A DNA stretch of 63,981 nucleotides, filler included, from Octopus bimaculoides (GCF_001194135.2; 6 parts of 6 records of this genome joined end to end with filler, not necessarily neighbours in it), one strand, 5' to 3'; shown: positions 12,050 to 25,292, counted from the whole stretch's first letter. Notes: generated by a model from the letters alone, not told the origin. Program-made: numbers and translations.

Positions 12050-12300
12050 TTGAGTGCTTAAGCAAGGTATGATTTATTTTGTATTGTTCTGGTCTACTCA
12101 GCTGGCAAAAATGCATTGTACTTCTAATTCAAAATATCAGCCTTACCACATTCTATATCACACTGAATCTCCCTGAGAACTACATTAAGAGTATACGTGT
12201 CTGTGGAATGCTCAGCCACTTGTATGTTAACTTCATGAGCAGGCTGTTCCGTTGATTGAATCAACTGGAAACTTTGTCATCATAACCGATGGAACGCCAG
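12050..12300 (+). mobile_element. SINE family B, degenerate
   Basis: 3' body acgtgtctgtggaatgctcagccacttg...caggctgttccgttg as in full copies. Confidence 0.65.
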
Positions 12301-12412
12301 TTATGTATACACATATGTTCAAATGTTGAACAACAACAAAAGTACTACATATTGTTGTAGTAGATACTAATTTCATAGTATCAGAAGCTTCATCATTGAG
12401 TAAATGAATACA

Positions 12413-12467
<55 letters not shown>

Positions 12468-12525
12468 ATTAGTACTTTTTAAATGAGCACCTTTGTAGAT
12501 GCACATAATCAAGAGTGTACCTATA

Positions 12526-12757
12526 TATTTCTTTATTGCCCACAAGGGGCTAAACATAGAGGGGACAAACAAGGACCGACAAAGGGATTAAGTTGATTAC
12601 ATCGACCCCAGTGCATAACTGGTACTTTATTTATCAACCCCAAAAGGATGAAAGGTAAAGTCGACCTCGGCGGAATTTGAACTCAGAACGTAATGGCAAA
12701 CGAAATACGGCTAAGCAATTCACCCGCCGCGTTAATGTTTCTGCCAGCTCGCCGCCT
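12526..12757 (-). mobile_element. SINE family D, tail type 1, full length
   Basis: Full head and tail; about 16-bp TSD aagagtg(t/c)acctatat at 12511 and 12758. Confidence 0.92.
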
Positions 12758-12927
12758 AAGAGTGCACCTATATTCATATTCATATTGAAAAGTGTACCTA
12801 TATTCATATAAAGAATCTCAGATGGAGAATCTTAAGAATGTCTTACAAAGTTTTATGTGTTTTTAATAGATTGGATTTGAAGGCTATGTGTCAGTATGTG
12901 AGTATGTATGTATGTATGTATGTATGT

Positions 12928-13310
12928 GTGGAGGCGCAATGGCCCAGTGGTTAGGGCAGCGGACTCGTGGTCATAGGATCGCGGTTTCGATTCCCAGACC
13001 GAGCGTTGTGAGTGTTTACTGAGCGAAAACACCTAAAGCTCCACGAGGCTCTGGCAGAGGATGGTGGCGAACCCTGCTGTACTCTTTCACCACAACTTTC
13101 TTTCACTCTTACTTCCTGTTTCTGTTGTGCCTGTAATTCAAAGGGTCAGCATTGTCACACTGCGTCACGCTGAATATCCCCAAGAACTACGTTAAGGGTA
13201 CACGTGTCTGTGGAGTGCTCAGCCACTTGCACGTTAATTTCACGAGCAGGCTGTTCTGTTGATCGGATCAACTGGAACCCTCGACGTCGTAACCGACGGA
13301 GTGCCACCAC
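12928..13310 (+). mobile_element. SINE family B, full length
   Basis: Nearly identical to 3330-3721; flanked by (TATG)n. Confidence 0.92.
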
Positions 13311-14848
13311 ATGTATGTATGTATGTTAGGTCACTCGTGCGGTCTCTCATGGGTGCCACTGGTAGCATGGATCTACCATACCCTGTTGTATGGTCAGGTT
13401 GTTGGTGACTAAACTGGCACACCCACTCAGTTTGTTTGGTGAAGCGGATTGTTAGTAACCCAGCAGGACTAAAAAAAAGGACCTGTTAAAAGGACTGATG
13501 CCCTAAGTTCAAAGACAATCTAGCAATAACATAGGCCCTCAGAAATTCCGGGTTGGTGTCTGGCATGCTGGAAGACCACTGTGAGTTAGGCACAGCTCAG
13601 CTTTTGTTAAAAGCTTGTCTGTAGGTGAAGGTCAACCTGATATAAACTAGATGTGTAGGGAATGACAACTGGATATTTTGGGGATCTTTTGCTTGCACTT
13701 TAGATCACGGTGCTCCCATATTCCTGAGCCTGCATCCTATATTGACACAGGATCATGTCAATAGGGGTGAAGAGGGCCTGTGAGCTCTTGTGCAAGCTTT
13801 GTTGGACCAAAAATTTGAGGTTGTGTGTTCGCCAACAAAGCAACTTTCTGATGCCTTGTTGAGTAGGAGGGTGTCACAACGAGCACTAAAGCTGTGGGCA
13901 CAAGCCTGGGTGGAGCCAACTACAGGTGCAATAATAACCTTATGCACAAGCATTGTTGATATGTTGATATTTTGCATGGACAACGGTCAGTGATGGTCTT
14001 CCTTAGTCATGAGGAGACAGCCATCATGTATGTATGTATGTATGTATGCATATGTATATGCATACATATATGTATATGTGTATGTGTGTGTGTGTGTATG
14101 TATATATATGTATATATANNNNNNNNNNNNNNNNNNNNNNNNNNNNNNNNNNNNNNNNNNNNNNNNNNNNNNNNNNNNNNNNNNNNNNNNNNNNNNNNNN
14201 NNNNNNNNNNNNNNNNNNNNNNNNNNNNNNNNNNNNNNNNNNNNNNNNNNNNNNNNNNNNNNNNNNNNNNNNNNNNNNNNNNNNNNNNNNNNNNNNNNNN
14301 NNNNNNNNNNNNNNNNNNNNNNNNNNNNNNNNNNNNNNNNNNNNNNNNNNNNNNNNNNNNNNNNNNNNNNNNNNNNNNNNNNNNNNNNNNNNNNNNNNNN
14401 NNNNNNNNNNNNNNNNNNNNNNNNNNNNNNNNNNNNNNNNNNNNNNNNNNNNNNNNNNNNNNNNNNNNNNNNNNNNNNNNNNNNNNNNNNNNNNNNNNNN
14501 NNNNNNNNNNNNNNNNNNNNNNNNNNNNNNNNNNNNNNNNNNNNNNNNNNNNNNNNNNNNNNNNNNNNNNNNNNNNNNNNNNNNNNNNNNNNNNNNNNNN
14601 NNNNNNNNNNNNNNNNNNNNNNNNNNNNNNNNNNNNNNNNNNNNNNNNNNNNNNNNNNNNNNNNNNNNNNNNNNNNNNNNNNNNNNNNNNNNNNNNNNNN
14701 NNNNNNNNNNNNNNNNNNNNNNNNNNNNNNNNNNNNNNNATATATATTATTACAAATTAAAAGGGTAAAGATTTATCAATTTATTAATTTATTAATAAAT
14801 CAACAATTAATAATTTTAGAAGCAAATGCTTGCTGATCCCTTAATTAT

Positions 14849-14887
<39 letters not shown>

Positions 14888-14920
14888 TGTATTAAAAAAA
14901 AGGAGAAGGCTGGTTTATGG

Positions 14921-14956
<36 letters not shown>

Positions 14957-14959
14957 TAG

Positions 14960-15720
14960 AGTTATTAGTATTAGTAGTAGTGCTATTAGTATTAACATTC
15001 GTTTTAGCTGTTCACCAGACTTGTTCATAAGCGGGGATGTTCGTATCCTGGCTCATGCTAGTGATAGTGCTTGGTTTACAGGTGTGTTATATTTCTATCG
15101 TATCCGGTTTTAGTGTTTTCACTGCATTGACCTGTCTTATGATTATATATATATATATAGGTAACAGGAATTAAGTTTACGCTTATTGAATGAGGTAACA
15201 ATAGATTCTATATTGGACGGAGATTCTATATTGAAGATTGATCGGTATTTATGGTGATGTGGAAAGTTAGAGTCTACTATTTGAATACAGGTTTTGGCTA
15301 AGCCCTTAATGTTTAAAGTGAATGGGGACGTATACCAGAGAATTGGTCTACCCCCCACTTTTATTAGGCAATATAGGAGAGTATAATCTATAGTATTTGT
15401 TAGAGGAGAGTTGCGGGATTCATTGCTGCTTATCAGTTTGAGTTTCGATCAAGTGTTATATGGGTGAGCACAGGGCAGATGAGAGTGTGTCACTCGAAGT
15501 CCTTCTAGGTTTCTAGCAGGGGTTTTAGCTTGTCTTTCTATAGTGGAAGGGTTCATGTGTCTAGTAGTGGGGCATGTCCCCCTGGGACTGAGTTTAGAGA
15601 TGTGTTTTTTAAGCTTAATGTTTGCTATGAATTTAATTTTCGGAGAGAAGCCACTAGCGGCTAGTGCCTGGTTGTAGTATGTAGCATGGCTATTGAAGAT
15701 TTCCTCCATGGTTATTGAAG
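14960..15720 (-). mobile_element. Penelope-like RT C-terminus and linker remnant
   Basis: EEIFNSHATYYNQALAASGF and ILWYTSPFTLNIK..DSNFPHHHKYRSIFN resemble the PLE IIWFNPPFS..HFP..HK..IFN region. Confidence 0.7.
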
Positions 15721-15900
15721 ATTCCCTCAGCATATCACTCAAGGACATACCCATTCCATCTCAAAAAACTTTCCTCCCACTTTTACTTAGCAAAACAAAT
15801 GATCTTATCAGAAGGATGAGGTGGAACCCTCATCATTGTAACCGACGGAGTACCAGTTATATATATGTACAATATGGCATATAGCTTCAACCGTTTTAAA
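15721..15900 (+). mobile_element. Penelope-like ORF N-terminal fragment, inverted
   Basis: SLKDIPIPSQKTFLPLLLSKTNDLIRRMRW resembles PLE N-termini (SLK.IP.P...L..K...I.RMRW). Confidence 0.55.
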
Positions 15901-16317
15901 ACCAAAAGTAGATAAAACAATACCAGTCAAGTATTGGCATCAATCTAGTTCAAAAGGTGTGGCTTGTATATTGAAATATTTTTTGTTTGTATTCCTAATT
16001 TTCGTTTCTCTTCCATTTGTTCATCGCAGTCAAAATTTTTTCTATAGATATTCTTTACTTTGAAGCAGTTGTTGATCTAAAGGAGAAAAATATCCACTGG
16101 TGGAACCAGCTGTTGCTTTATTTTGCTTGTTGTGATGGATGGCATAGAATAAAGAAAGAGAGAAAATGGAGAAAGTAGTTCAGACAAAGAGATGGAAGAG
16201 AGATGGCCTGGTTCTGTTGTTATGTGTCACAAGATTTGTTTCTTTTCTATGGGATGAAACGCTTAATAGGACATCTCAAGGGAACGGCAGACATATTAAC
16301 ATCAACAGCAAGCAAGT

Positions 16318-16595
16318 AATAATAATAAGAATGATGATGATGATGATGACGACGACAGAGGTGATGATTATGGTGATGATGATGATGACGATGACAATGA
16401 TCACAGTGTTGATGGTCAAGATGATGATGATGATAAAGAGGAGGATGACGACAATGATGACATTGATGATGATGATAGTGCTGTTGATGCTGCTGTTGAT
16501 GCTGCTGTTGATGATGATAATGATAATGTCAACAAAGATGATGATAATAATGATATGTACTAATTATGATATGGTGATGATAATGATGTTGATGA
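16318..16595. repeat. Long degenerate (ATG)n microsatellite
   Basis: Direct reading; source of the poly-Met ORF 16166-16609. Confidence 0.95.
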
Positions 16596-17325
16596 TTTCC
16601 ATTTTTTAGCCACAAGAGCATAACGAAGACATAACAATAAAAGTGTATAAGTTTAGATTAAAATTGAATAAGAAAAAAGTAAGTGGAAGTAAGAATGTCC
16701 ACAATATATGAAATTCCAAAATATTCTAAGTCAAAGACAGGCACCTAGACCGATCATATCTTGGATTACCCTAACTCAAAAGGGTAAATACCCTCTCTCA
16801 ATCCCAAGCCTACAGGTCCATGCTGAGAGTGGGTCATTTTGTTTGGACTACATTTGCCTCAATCACCCATCTTCAGGGCAAATTTTCTGGAGGGCAGCAT
16901 CTCCTTTTTTTTACCCTAATCTTCTCTAAGTGAAACTTTAAGATGTTGATAAGGGTTTCACCAAAGAGGTAAGAGTTAATCTTCAGTCCTTTCAGTTGCA
17001 CCCATTAAAATCCCTTTTGGTCACAGTTATCAGACAGTAAAAACTGTCTGCTCTACCTGGTTAAAGAAAAGTGGTTAGATGATCATCACAAAGGACTGAA
17101 CAGATAGAAGATTTTTCCCTTATGTGACAAAAGCTGTTCTACAAAAATTCACATATCATCAATGCTGAAACACTAATAGAATGCAGAATAGTTTTATTCC
17201 TCTGCAAACATCTCAAACTGGCCTCACAGATGGCATACACAAATATTTATACTAGATAGACCTAGTAGCTGAAAAATCTTTATTTAAAAATAGTAACAAC
17301 TTTACGGATTAAGAGGATAATAATC

Positions 17326-17434
17326 TCTCTTTTACTTGTTTCAGTCATTTGACTGCAGCCATGCTGGAGCACCGCCTTTAGTTGAGCAAATCAACTCCAG
17401 GACTTATTCTTTGTTAGCCTAGTACTTATTCTAT
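17326..17434 (-). mobile_element. SINE family A, 3' end
   Basis: Reverse complement of the family tail. Confidence 0.85.
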
Positions 17435-17439
17435 ACCTT

Positions 17440-17908
17440 TCCTTCATTGGACAATAAACTCTGCTTGCGAAGACCTTTTGAGGCAAGTGAAATCGAAATC
17501 AAATTCGATGACTGGCATCTGTGCTAGTGGAGTGCCAAGAGCACCATCCGAGCGTGAACATTGCCAGAGCAGCTGACTGGCCTCCGTGCCGGTGGCATGT
17601 AAATAGCACCATTCGAGTGTGATCATTACCAGCATTGCCTTACTGGCACTTGTGGTGGTGGTATGTGGAAAACAACATTCGAGCGCGGCCATTGCCAGTA
17701 CCACCTGACCGGCCCTTATGCCGGTGGCACGTAAAAGTACCCACTACACTCTCGGAGTGGTTGGCGTTAGGAAAGGCATCCAGCTGTAGAAACTCTGCCA
17801 GATCAGATTGGAGCCTGGTGCAGCCATCTGGTTCGCCAGTCCTCAGTCAAATCGTCCAACCTATGCCAGCATGGAAAGTAGACGTTAAACAATGATGATG
17901 ATGATGAT
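17440..17908 (+). mobile_element. RTE 3' UTR fragment with internal subrepeats
   Basis: Ends like 10052-10290 (gttggcgttaggaaaggcatccagc...gacgttaaac(GAT)n); repeated gccggtggcacgtaaaa units. Confidence 0.8.
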
Positions 17909-17949
17909 ATGATTTTATAGTTTCTAGGGTGTATATGATTAGGAGACTT

Positions 17950-18535
17950 ACTTACGTAAAAGCCATTACAAATATACATAATATGATCAGTAGGGTAGAA
18001 CATCATAGAAAAGAACAAATAATTTAATCAAAAACATGACAAAGTCAGACTAACTAGGCAGGAGTTTTCATGGGATAGTAATTACATATAGCACACCACA
18101 TACCATAACATATTCTTATAACATATGCAATGCTATTTAATTTACCATATAATTCAACATTCCATGATTTTATCACATATAATACTAGAGCGTAAGTTTA
18201 CAACAGATATGACACATCAAATTTCACTATGGCATCTATAATCGCTAATTTCAAAAATACTTAAATGTACGGGTGACGCTATGTACACATGATACCCTTA
18301 GGTCTAATTTAATATTAATCAGGTTGTTCTTGTCTCTATACTTACAAATCTCATAAGTTTCCATAGAGCATAGCTCACACCCATATCAGCTATCTCTATA
18401 AGGCTGTACTTTCCATATTATATCCCATTTAAGGCTAAATTCGATCCCGCTTTCCTTCAGTTCTCAAATCTTGCTAGACAAGGACGTACAACTGGCTTTA
18501 TGTTTGAGTCTAAAAGATGAAAAAGCGTTATTTAT
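17950..18535 (-). mobile_element. Penelope-like GIY-YIG C-terminal remnant and 3' UTR
   Basis: Minus translation TSLSSKI*ELKESGIEFSLKWDII..CELCSMETYEI..NLIN..SCVH fits the PLE LS..IW.LK....W.I..C.LC..E pattern. Confidence 0.65.
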
Positions 18536-18778
18536 ATATATANNNNNNNNNNNNNNNNNNNNNNNNNNNNNNNNNNNNNNNNNNNNNNNNNNNNNNNNNN
18601 NNNNNNNNNNNNNNNNNNNNNNNNNNNNNNNNNNNNNNNNNNNNNNNNNNNNNNNNNNNNNNNNNNNNNNNNNNNNNNNNNNNNNNNNNNNNNNNNNNNN
18701 NNNNNNNNNNNNNNNNNNNNNNNNNNNNNNNNNNNNNNNNNNNNNNNNNNNNNNNNNNNNNNNNNNNNNNNNNNNNNN

Positions 18779-19300
18779 CAGGGTGCAGTGAATAAACTCT
18801 TGTTTAAATTACGCAAAAATTGAAATAACACTGACATCTCATTTTAACAGATATATTTACCAAAATTACATAAAAATGTCTTGAAATACTAAAGAGTAAA
18901 TTTATTCAATAAAATCGCCATTGGCTTCAAGCATGGCCTCCAGACGCCTTCAGAATCTCCTGCAACTCTTCTGGACAGTCTCCTTTTTTAAGTTTAGTGA
19001 TCACTACAAACATCATGATGCTGACTGGATGTTTGATTTTTATCACTCTTGGTACATATCCTCAGACTCACACCCAAACACTCTGAAATGTTTGTATTGG
19101 AGGTCCGGCACAAATGCCAAACAGTACAGCATGTCGTTTCCAAATTTCTGGCAGAATGAATTGTGTAATAGTGCTCTTTTTCTAACAAATGGTGCTCAAC
19201 TGACCCTACAATACTGCATAGTGGACAAAATCAAAAACAAGCAATGCGCATGCACAAAATTAAGAATATAAAATGGTGACCATTTACCCATCACACCCTA
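18779..19300 (-). mobile_element. Internally deleted Tc1/mariner-like DNA transposon
   Basis: Minus translation KETVQKSCRRF*RRLEAMLEANGDFIE* resembles a Tc1-type C-terminus; imperfect (c/t)agggtg termini, TA-rich flank. Confidence 0.65.
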
Positions 19301-19307
19301 TATATAT

Positions 19308-19487
19308 ATACAGTTCTATATTTGAGACATGAGAAATTATTTACATTATTTACATTTGATGGATATTTGTCCTCATCTTGTTTGTTGTTAACACAACATT
19401 TTAGCTGATGTACTCTTCATCAGGTGTCCTGGGGGAATTTTGAACCTGGGTTCTCATTCCTAAGGTATTTTTCCAATGTTGTTGTTG

Positions 19488-19544
<57 letters not shown>

Positions 19545-19660
19545 TCACCTCCTCAAACCGAACTCAGAATCTTGGGGTTAGCAGCCCGTGCTCTTAACCA
19601 TTACATTATATGCCCGTGGGCATATGGTGTAGTGAATAAGAGCACGGGATACTAACCCCA
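19308..19660 (-). mobile_element. Second copy of the tRNA-head/hammerhead PLE repeat, with an inverted second head
   Basis: Aligns to 6515-6800; stem II arm deleted; 88-bp imperfect palindrome at 19573-19660. Confidence 0.85.
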
Positions 19661-19662
19661 TG

Positions 19663-20047
19663 GTGGAGGCGCAATGGCCCAGTGGTTAGGGCAGCGGACT
19701 CGCGGTCATAGAATCGCAGTTTCGATTCCCAGACCGGGCGTTGTGAGTGTTTATTGAGTGAAAACAGCTAAAGCTCCACGAGGCTCCGGCAGGGGATGGT
19801 GGCGAACCCTGCTGTACTCTTTCACCACAACTTTCACTCTTTCTTCCTGTTTCTGTTGTACTTGTAATTCAAAAGGCCAGCCTTGTCACACTGTGTCACG
19901 TTGAATATCCCCGAGAACTACGTTAAGGGTACACGTGTCTGTGGAGTGCTCAGCCACTTGCACATTAATTTCACGAGCAGGCTGTTCCGTTGATCGGATC
20001 AACTGGAACCCTCGACGTCGTAAGCGACGGAGTGCCAACAACAACAA
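19663..20047 (+). mobile_element. SINE family B, full length
   Basis: Same as the other copies, (CAA)n tail. Confidence 0.92.
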
Positions 20048-20099
20048 TATATATANNNNNNNNNNNNNNNNNNNNNNNNNNNNNNNNNNNNNNNNNNNN

Positions 20100-20111
20100 T
20101 TAATTAATTAA
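20100..20111. other. Assembly linker TTAATTAATTAA in a 100-bp gap
   Basis: Flanked by N runs on both sides; recurs five times. Confidence 0.95.
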
Positions 20112-20804
20112 NNNNNNNNNNNNNNNNNNNNNNNNNNNNNNNNNNNNNNNNNNNNCGCACAAACCCACAAACATTAATTCAGAAGTTCTCGCTGAGGCAC
20201 TCTGGTAAGTCTGAAATTCATAAGTTGCTTAATCTGTAGATTTTAAAAATCAGCAATTCATCTCATTTGAGATCTTTCTTTTTCATATTGTAAACATAGT
20301 CAGAGCTTTCGTATACTAATTACTTAGATGATATCAGTTGATCAAAGATTTTTTTCGTTCACTTTATAATAGACTCTATATAACAAACTCTATTACATTT
20401 TTGTGTTGAACGTACAACACACTTCTGGAATATTTAATCGCAGCAATATTTTTTGAAAGCTCACTAATTAAACCAGCTTCTCTTTGAACCACAGTTCCTG
20501 ATAGGAATGTACATTGAAGATAAAACGGAGATGAAAAGTTATGATAAAGCAGATAAGCGTTTTTGGAACAAATTTACTAGAAGAAAGAATACATTCAGCT
20601 TGATATAACAGGAAACGCGTTCTCACCCAGCAACTGAGGCATAACCGGTTCAACTGATGTCAGTGGGTTTGTTGTACTTTTCGATATAAAATGTGGAATC
20701 ACAGAGGGATAATAATATTTAATAATGCTTGAGAATGCATAATAATGTTTCATAATGTTTGACGTTTGTAATGTTCATAAAGAGCAAAACATAGACGCCG
20801 GTGA

Positions 20805-20866
20805 GGCTGTGTGATTAGAAGGTTGCTTCCAAACCACGTGGTTCCGGGTTCAGTTCCACTGCGTGA
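20805..20866 (+). mobile_element. SINE family A head fragment
   Basis: ggctgtgtgattagaagg...gggttcagttccactgcgtg. Confidence 0.75.
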
Positions 20867-21054
20867 TTGTGTGTGTGAGTGTGTGTGTGTGCGTGTGTGT
20901 ATGTGTGTGTACATGTGTGTGTACGTATGCATGTATATATGAATCTGTGTGTGTATGTGTGTGTGCGTGTTCTACAACCGCTTTACAACCGGTGATGGTG
21001 TAATATACGGGTGTGTATGATTGTTCTAGCAAGTCATCAGGTGAGTTGCTCTGA

Positions 21055-21098
<44 letters not shown>

Positions 21099-21494
21099 GC
21101 ATGTATGTGTGTTTATATATGTGTCTATGTATATATATAAATATATATAAACACACACAACACACATAGACAGAGATAACTTTCACCTATATATACTATA
21201 CACATGCACACTATTTGGTCACAGTGACACATCAACTGCTTCACATAACACACGTGCACACACGTTACACACGCATGCGCGCACACACGTCAAACCCACT
21301 CGTCCCCATTCAAACATACACATTTACACACTCACGCACATCATTCTCACATATACACACACGCTTTCGCACCTCCTCTTGTTGGGATTATATTGAATTA
21401 TCTCCCTTTCATTCTATATCTCTTTATTGTTATCTCCCTTCCGTTCAACCGCTTTTTTTTATTCCAATCATTCACTATATTAGGCCACTAAAGT

Positions 21495-21657
21495 CAACAC
21501 GTTTTTCTTCAATCTCTGTTTATTTCTACTTATTCCTTTTTGTCGAAGAGCGTAGGCTTGAAACGTAAAAAACTTGTCCATTTTCCGAGCGTCAAACTAA
21601 TACACTTGCTTGTTGTTCCAACACCTGTCTTCGCCTTTGTTTTTCTATGCATTTGAA

Positions 21658-21660
<3 letters not shown>
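21495..21660 (+). mobile_element. PLE-type terminal repeat (family F) with degenerate hammerhead motif
   Basis: tgtcgaagagcgtaggcttgaaacgta; aligns with 27735-27887 and 54215-54295. Confidence 0.7.
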
Positions 21661-21722
<62 letters not shown>

Positions 21723-21924
21723 CATGCATGCATTTCTGTTTATGTGTATGTATACATGAATGAATGATACTGTATGCCTGCTGTGTTTGCAGTAGTACAG
21801 AGTGTTACAGATCGATAATATTGAACTGGTACCTCTGTGCTCCAATACGTATCTTACAACACCTGTCATCGGGGTTCATGATTTTGGATACAATGCACTC
21901 ATGCAAGATTATCCCGCATTAGCA

Positions 21925-22075
21925 CAAATCGGCAAAGAATTAAATCTACCCCAGTACTTTGTTGGCGCTTTATTATATCGACCCTAGAATGATAAAAACC
22001 GAAGTTGACATCAATGGGACTCGAACTCAAAACACAAAGAGTCGGAACAAAGTAACTTTGCCCGATACGCCAGCA
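21925..22075 (-). mobile_element. Degenerate SINE D-related copy
   Basis: cgacccta..gttgac..gaactcaaaac remnants. Confidence 0.45.
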
Positions 22076-22904
22076 AACCGTTAAATACAACCTTCTATAC
22101 AAATGGTAGTCGTTTATGCAATATGAAAAACCACACCAGACCTTTAATCCTTCCTAAAACTCATTTATTCACATATTTTCCAATAATAATGATAAAATTT
22201 TTCGCCCTTTTCATTCCATTCAAATATTAATTAGATTAATTGCATACATATTTAATTTAATTACTTAATTATTTCATTACATCATGACAACCTTGAGTAA
22301 ATTAATTTCTTTTTCTTTTCATTTTCATCTCTTTTATCTCCATACGTAGCACGCATTCACTCACAGATAGGTGATTGAATNNNNNNNNNNNNNNNNNNNN
22401 NNNNNNNNNNNNNNNNNNNNNNNNNNNNNNNNNNNNNNNNNNNNNNNNNNNNNNNNNNNNNNNNNNNNNNNNNNNNNNNNNNNNNNNNNNNNNNNNNNNN
22501 NNNNNNNNNNNNNNNNNNNNNNNNNNNNNNNNNNNNNNNNNNNNNNNNNNNNNNNNNNNNNNNNNNNNNNNNNNNNNNNNNNNNNNNNNNNNNNNNNNNN
22601 NNNNNNNNNNNNNNNNNNNNNNNNNNNNNNNNNNNNNNNNNNNNNNNNNNNNNNNNNNNNNNNNNNNNNNNNNNNNNNCACACACACACACACACACATA
22701 TACATTCATACATACATAGATACATACATAATACCTACATACATACCACATAATTTACATCGATCAAATTTCATTCAGCGGTATTAGTCAACATAGACTT
22801 ATCACAGAAAGAGTGAAGCGAACATCTTTACGCCTTCAAAGAAACATACACACTCACACTCCACACACAATATATATGTGTGTGTGTGTGTGTGTGTAAA
22901 TAAA

Positions 22905-23200
22905 AAACGAAGAAAAACGCAATAAAAAAAACAAAAACCCGAGGACGTGGTACATGCAAAGTGTTAGCAGACGCCCAGGGAAGGAAAGAAATGTAGTTTA
23001 ACGTTTCGAGCAAAGCTCTTCGTCAGAAACAGGAGACGGAGGAAAGTTCAAGAGAACAGGAAAACGAAGGAAAAAAATCGTGAACGATCCACATAAGCAA
23101 GATAAAAGAATTTTCAAAAAATGCGTTATCTCTATAATGAATCAATTTCGGTATTAATCCAACGGATTTTCCCCTCACCAGTAGAGAATACGATAAGAAA
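22905..23200 (-). mobile_element. PLE 3' end carrying an intact minimal hammerhead
   Basis: Contains the motif at 22996-23030; upstream sequence loosely resembles a GIY-YIG ORF end. Confidence 0.6.
22996..23030 (-). ncRNA. Minimal type I hammerhead ribozyme motif, canonical core
   Basis: GTTT-CTGACGA-A-GAGC-TTT-GCTC-GAAA-CGTT-AAAC; stems I and II pair; palindromic AACGTT stem III. Confidence 0.8.
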
Positions 23201-23865
23201 TAAATGAGATATTTACTTATATACATATATACATAAAATATATAGTTTTAGGGAAAATAACCAAGTTATCTTATGATATTTACTTTGTTTTATATTATGC
23301 TCATTTATTGTGCTTTTAATTATTAATTTTTCTATATGTGATAGTGGATTTTCATCGATGAGTTCTTGAAACTTGGTTATTTTCCCTAAAACTATATATT
23401 TTATATATATTTTATATATAAAGCTCAATTTAATTTTAATTTTTTATAAATTGATTTTAATTGAGTTTTTACCTGTAATTTTGGATTTTGTCCCTAATAT
23501 TATTATATATATACATATGTNNNNNNNNNNNNNNNNNNNNNNNNNNNNNNNNNNNNNNNNNNNNNNNNNNNNNNNNNNNNNNNNNNNNNNNNNNNNNNNN
23601 NNNNNNNNNNNNNNNNNNNNNNNNNNNNNNNNNNNNNNNNNNNNNNNNNNNNNNNNNNNNNNNNNNNNNNNNNNNNNNNNNNNNNNNNNNNNNNNNNNNN
23701 NNNNNNNNNNNNNNNNNNNNNNNNNNNNNNNNNNNNNNNNNNNNNNNNNNNNNNNNNNNNNNNNNNNNNNNNNNNNNNNNNNNNNNNATATATATGCATG
23801 TATGTACGTACGTATGTATGTATATATACATAGATATATAAATAGAGGTATGTATACACACATGA

Positions 23866-23903
<38 letters not shown>

Positions 23904-23999
23904 TACCTCGATTTTTCTCCATTCCACCTCTCCAAAACCAAATGTACCATCTCATGCTCTCAATTCCTTCGTCTTTGTCACCTGTGTAACCGCGAGTAA

Positions 24000-24745
24000 G
24001 ATTTTGGGATTCAGTCTCAATACTTAACTCGTCACTTTATTGGTCGTGAATAATCTTCACTCTTGTCTAAGCCACCCTAACTCGAAGCCATCAAACTGAT
24101 CGCACCTCCACCCTTTTTCCTCACACTCACCCGAACTGTATGTCTTTTCTTCTCCTTTACTACTTTTCCAACCTACTCATTCATCAGAAAAAGTTTACGT
24201 GCCTCATAACTCATCCACCTGATCCTACCATCCTTCTTATCCTTAGCAAACCCCTACTCTCCTTCAAACGCTCTTGAAGCATATGCGACTTTCTGGTCCG
24301 TAGCTCCCTTCACGCTCCCAATTTTGCCCGCTCATGATTCTTCCCTAGTTCCAGACACCTTTATCACATCTGTCAGTTTCTCACAAACACCACTTCCTTC
24401 ACAAGAACCAACTCCTGCACAACACACATAGATGATTCTTTCTCTTGCATCTCCACATCATCAACTGTATTAAACGCCCTCTCTGCAGATCCTTATACAT
24501 TGGCCAAACTGGTCACCGTTTTGCAAACCAATTCACCGAGTTCTTATGAGGCATTCGTCTCCGAAAACAGACCCCCGTTTCCCGTCATTTCCAGTAGGAA
24601 AACTACTCCACATAACACTTTACAGTATTAAGCTTGGTCTCGGATAACGGATCCACAGCACCCAAACTTCCCAAGGAGCAACACTTTTTCTTTTCTATTC
24701 AAATTCATACGCCGGTTGGTCTCAGCTCACCATCTACCGTCTTGT
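24000..24745 (+). mobile_element. Degenerate Penelope-like GIY-YIG region
   Basis: INCIKRPLCRSLYIGQTGHRFANQFTEF..PVSRHF..EQHFFF..PVGL. Confidence 0.75.
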
Positions 24746-25242
24746 AATTTTTCTTCACACTACTCGCCCCTACACACCTATATACATAAAGCGTATGCCA
24801 CACGCTCAGTCACGCACGCACATAAATATGTACACACATACAATTGTATGTACCGTTCGTTCACTTAACGTAGCTATACAAATTTATACTGCCGAAGAAG
24901 AAGCAAAAATGAAAAACGAACCTATGTAAGCAGTTTTTCTACTTATCAAAGCCGTCATTTTGCCTGCTGCTAAAAAAGGATCAGGTTTTTTCCTCTGAGC
25001 AGAAAAAATTAATTTTCCGTGAAATGAATTCTAAATTTCAAGAAAATTGCACTCACTTTTCTTTGTGAATGAATAGCAATTAGTATTAAATTTGTAACTA
25101 TTAGAGTTGTTTTCTCTGTTTTATTTTTTCCAACTAAAATTTCAGTTAATTGAAATTTTTTTGCGTATTTCATTGTACATCAGGCAATGTATCACTGCTT
25201 ACCGAAAGTATCACAATCCATATCATTAATCTACGTAATTTC

Positions 25243-25292
<50 letters not shown>

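Noticed and set aside
13320-14010. GC-richer stretch (similar at 53000-53500), possibly a LINE 5' UTR
   Set aside because: No diagnostic motif; left unclassified.
16166-16609. 147-aa Met-rich ORF
   Set aside because: It is an (ATG)n microsatellite.
20477-20610. Open frame LLFEPQFLIGMYIEDK...
   Set aside because: Weak acceptor and no recognisable homology.
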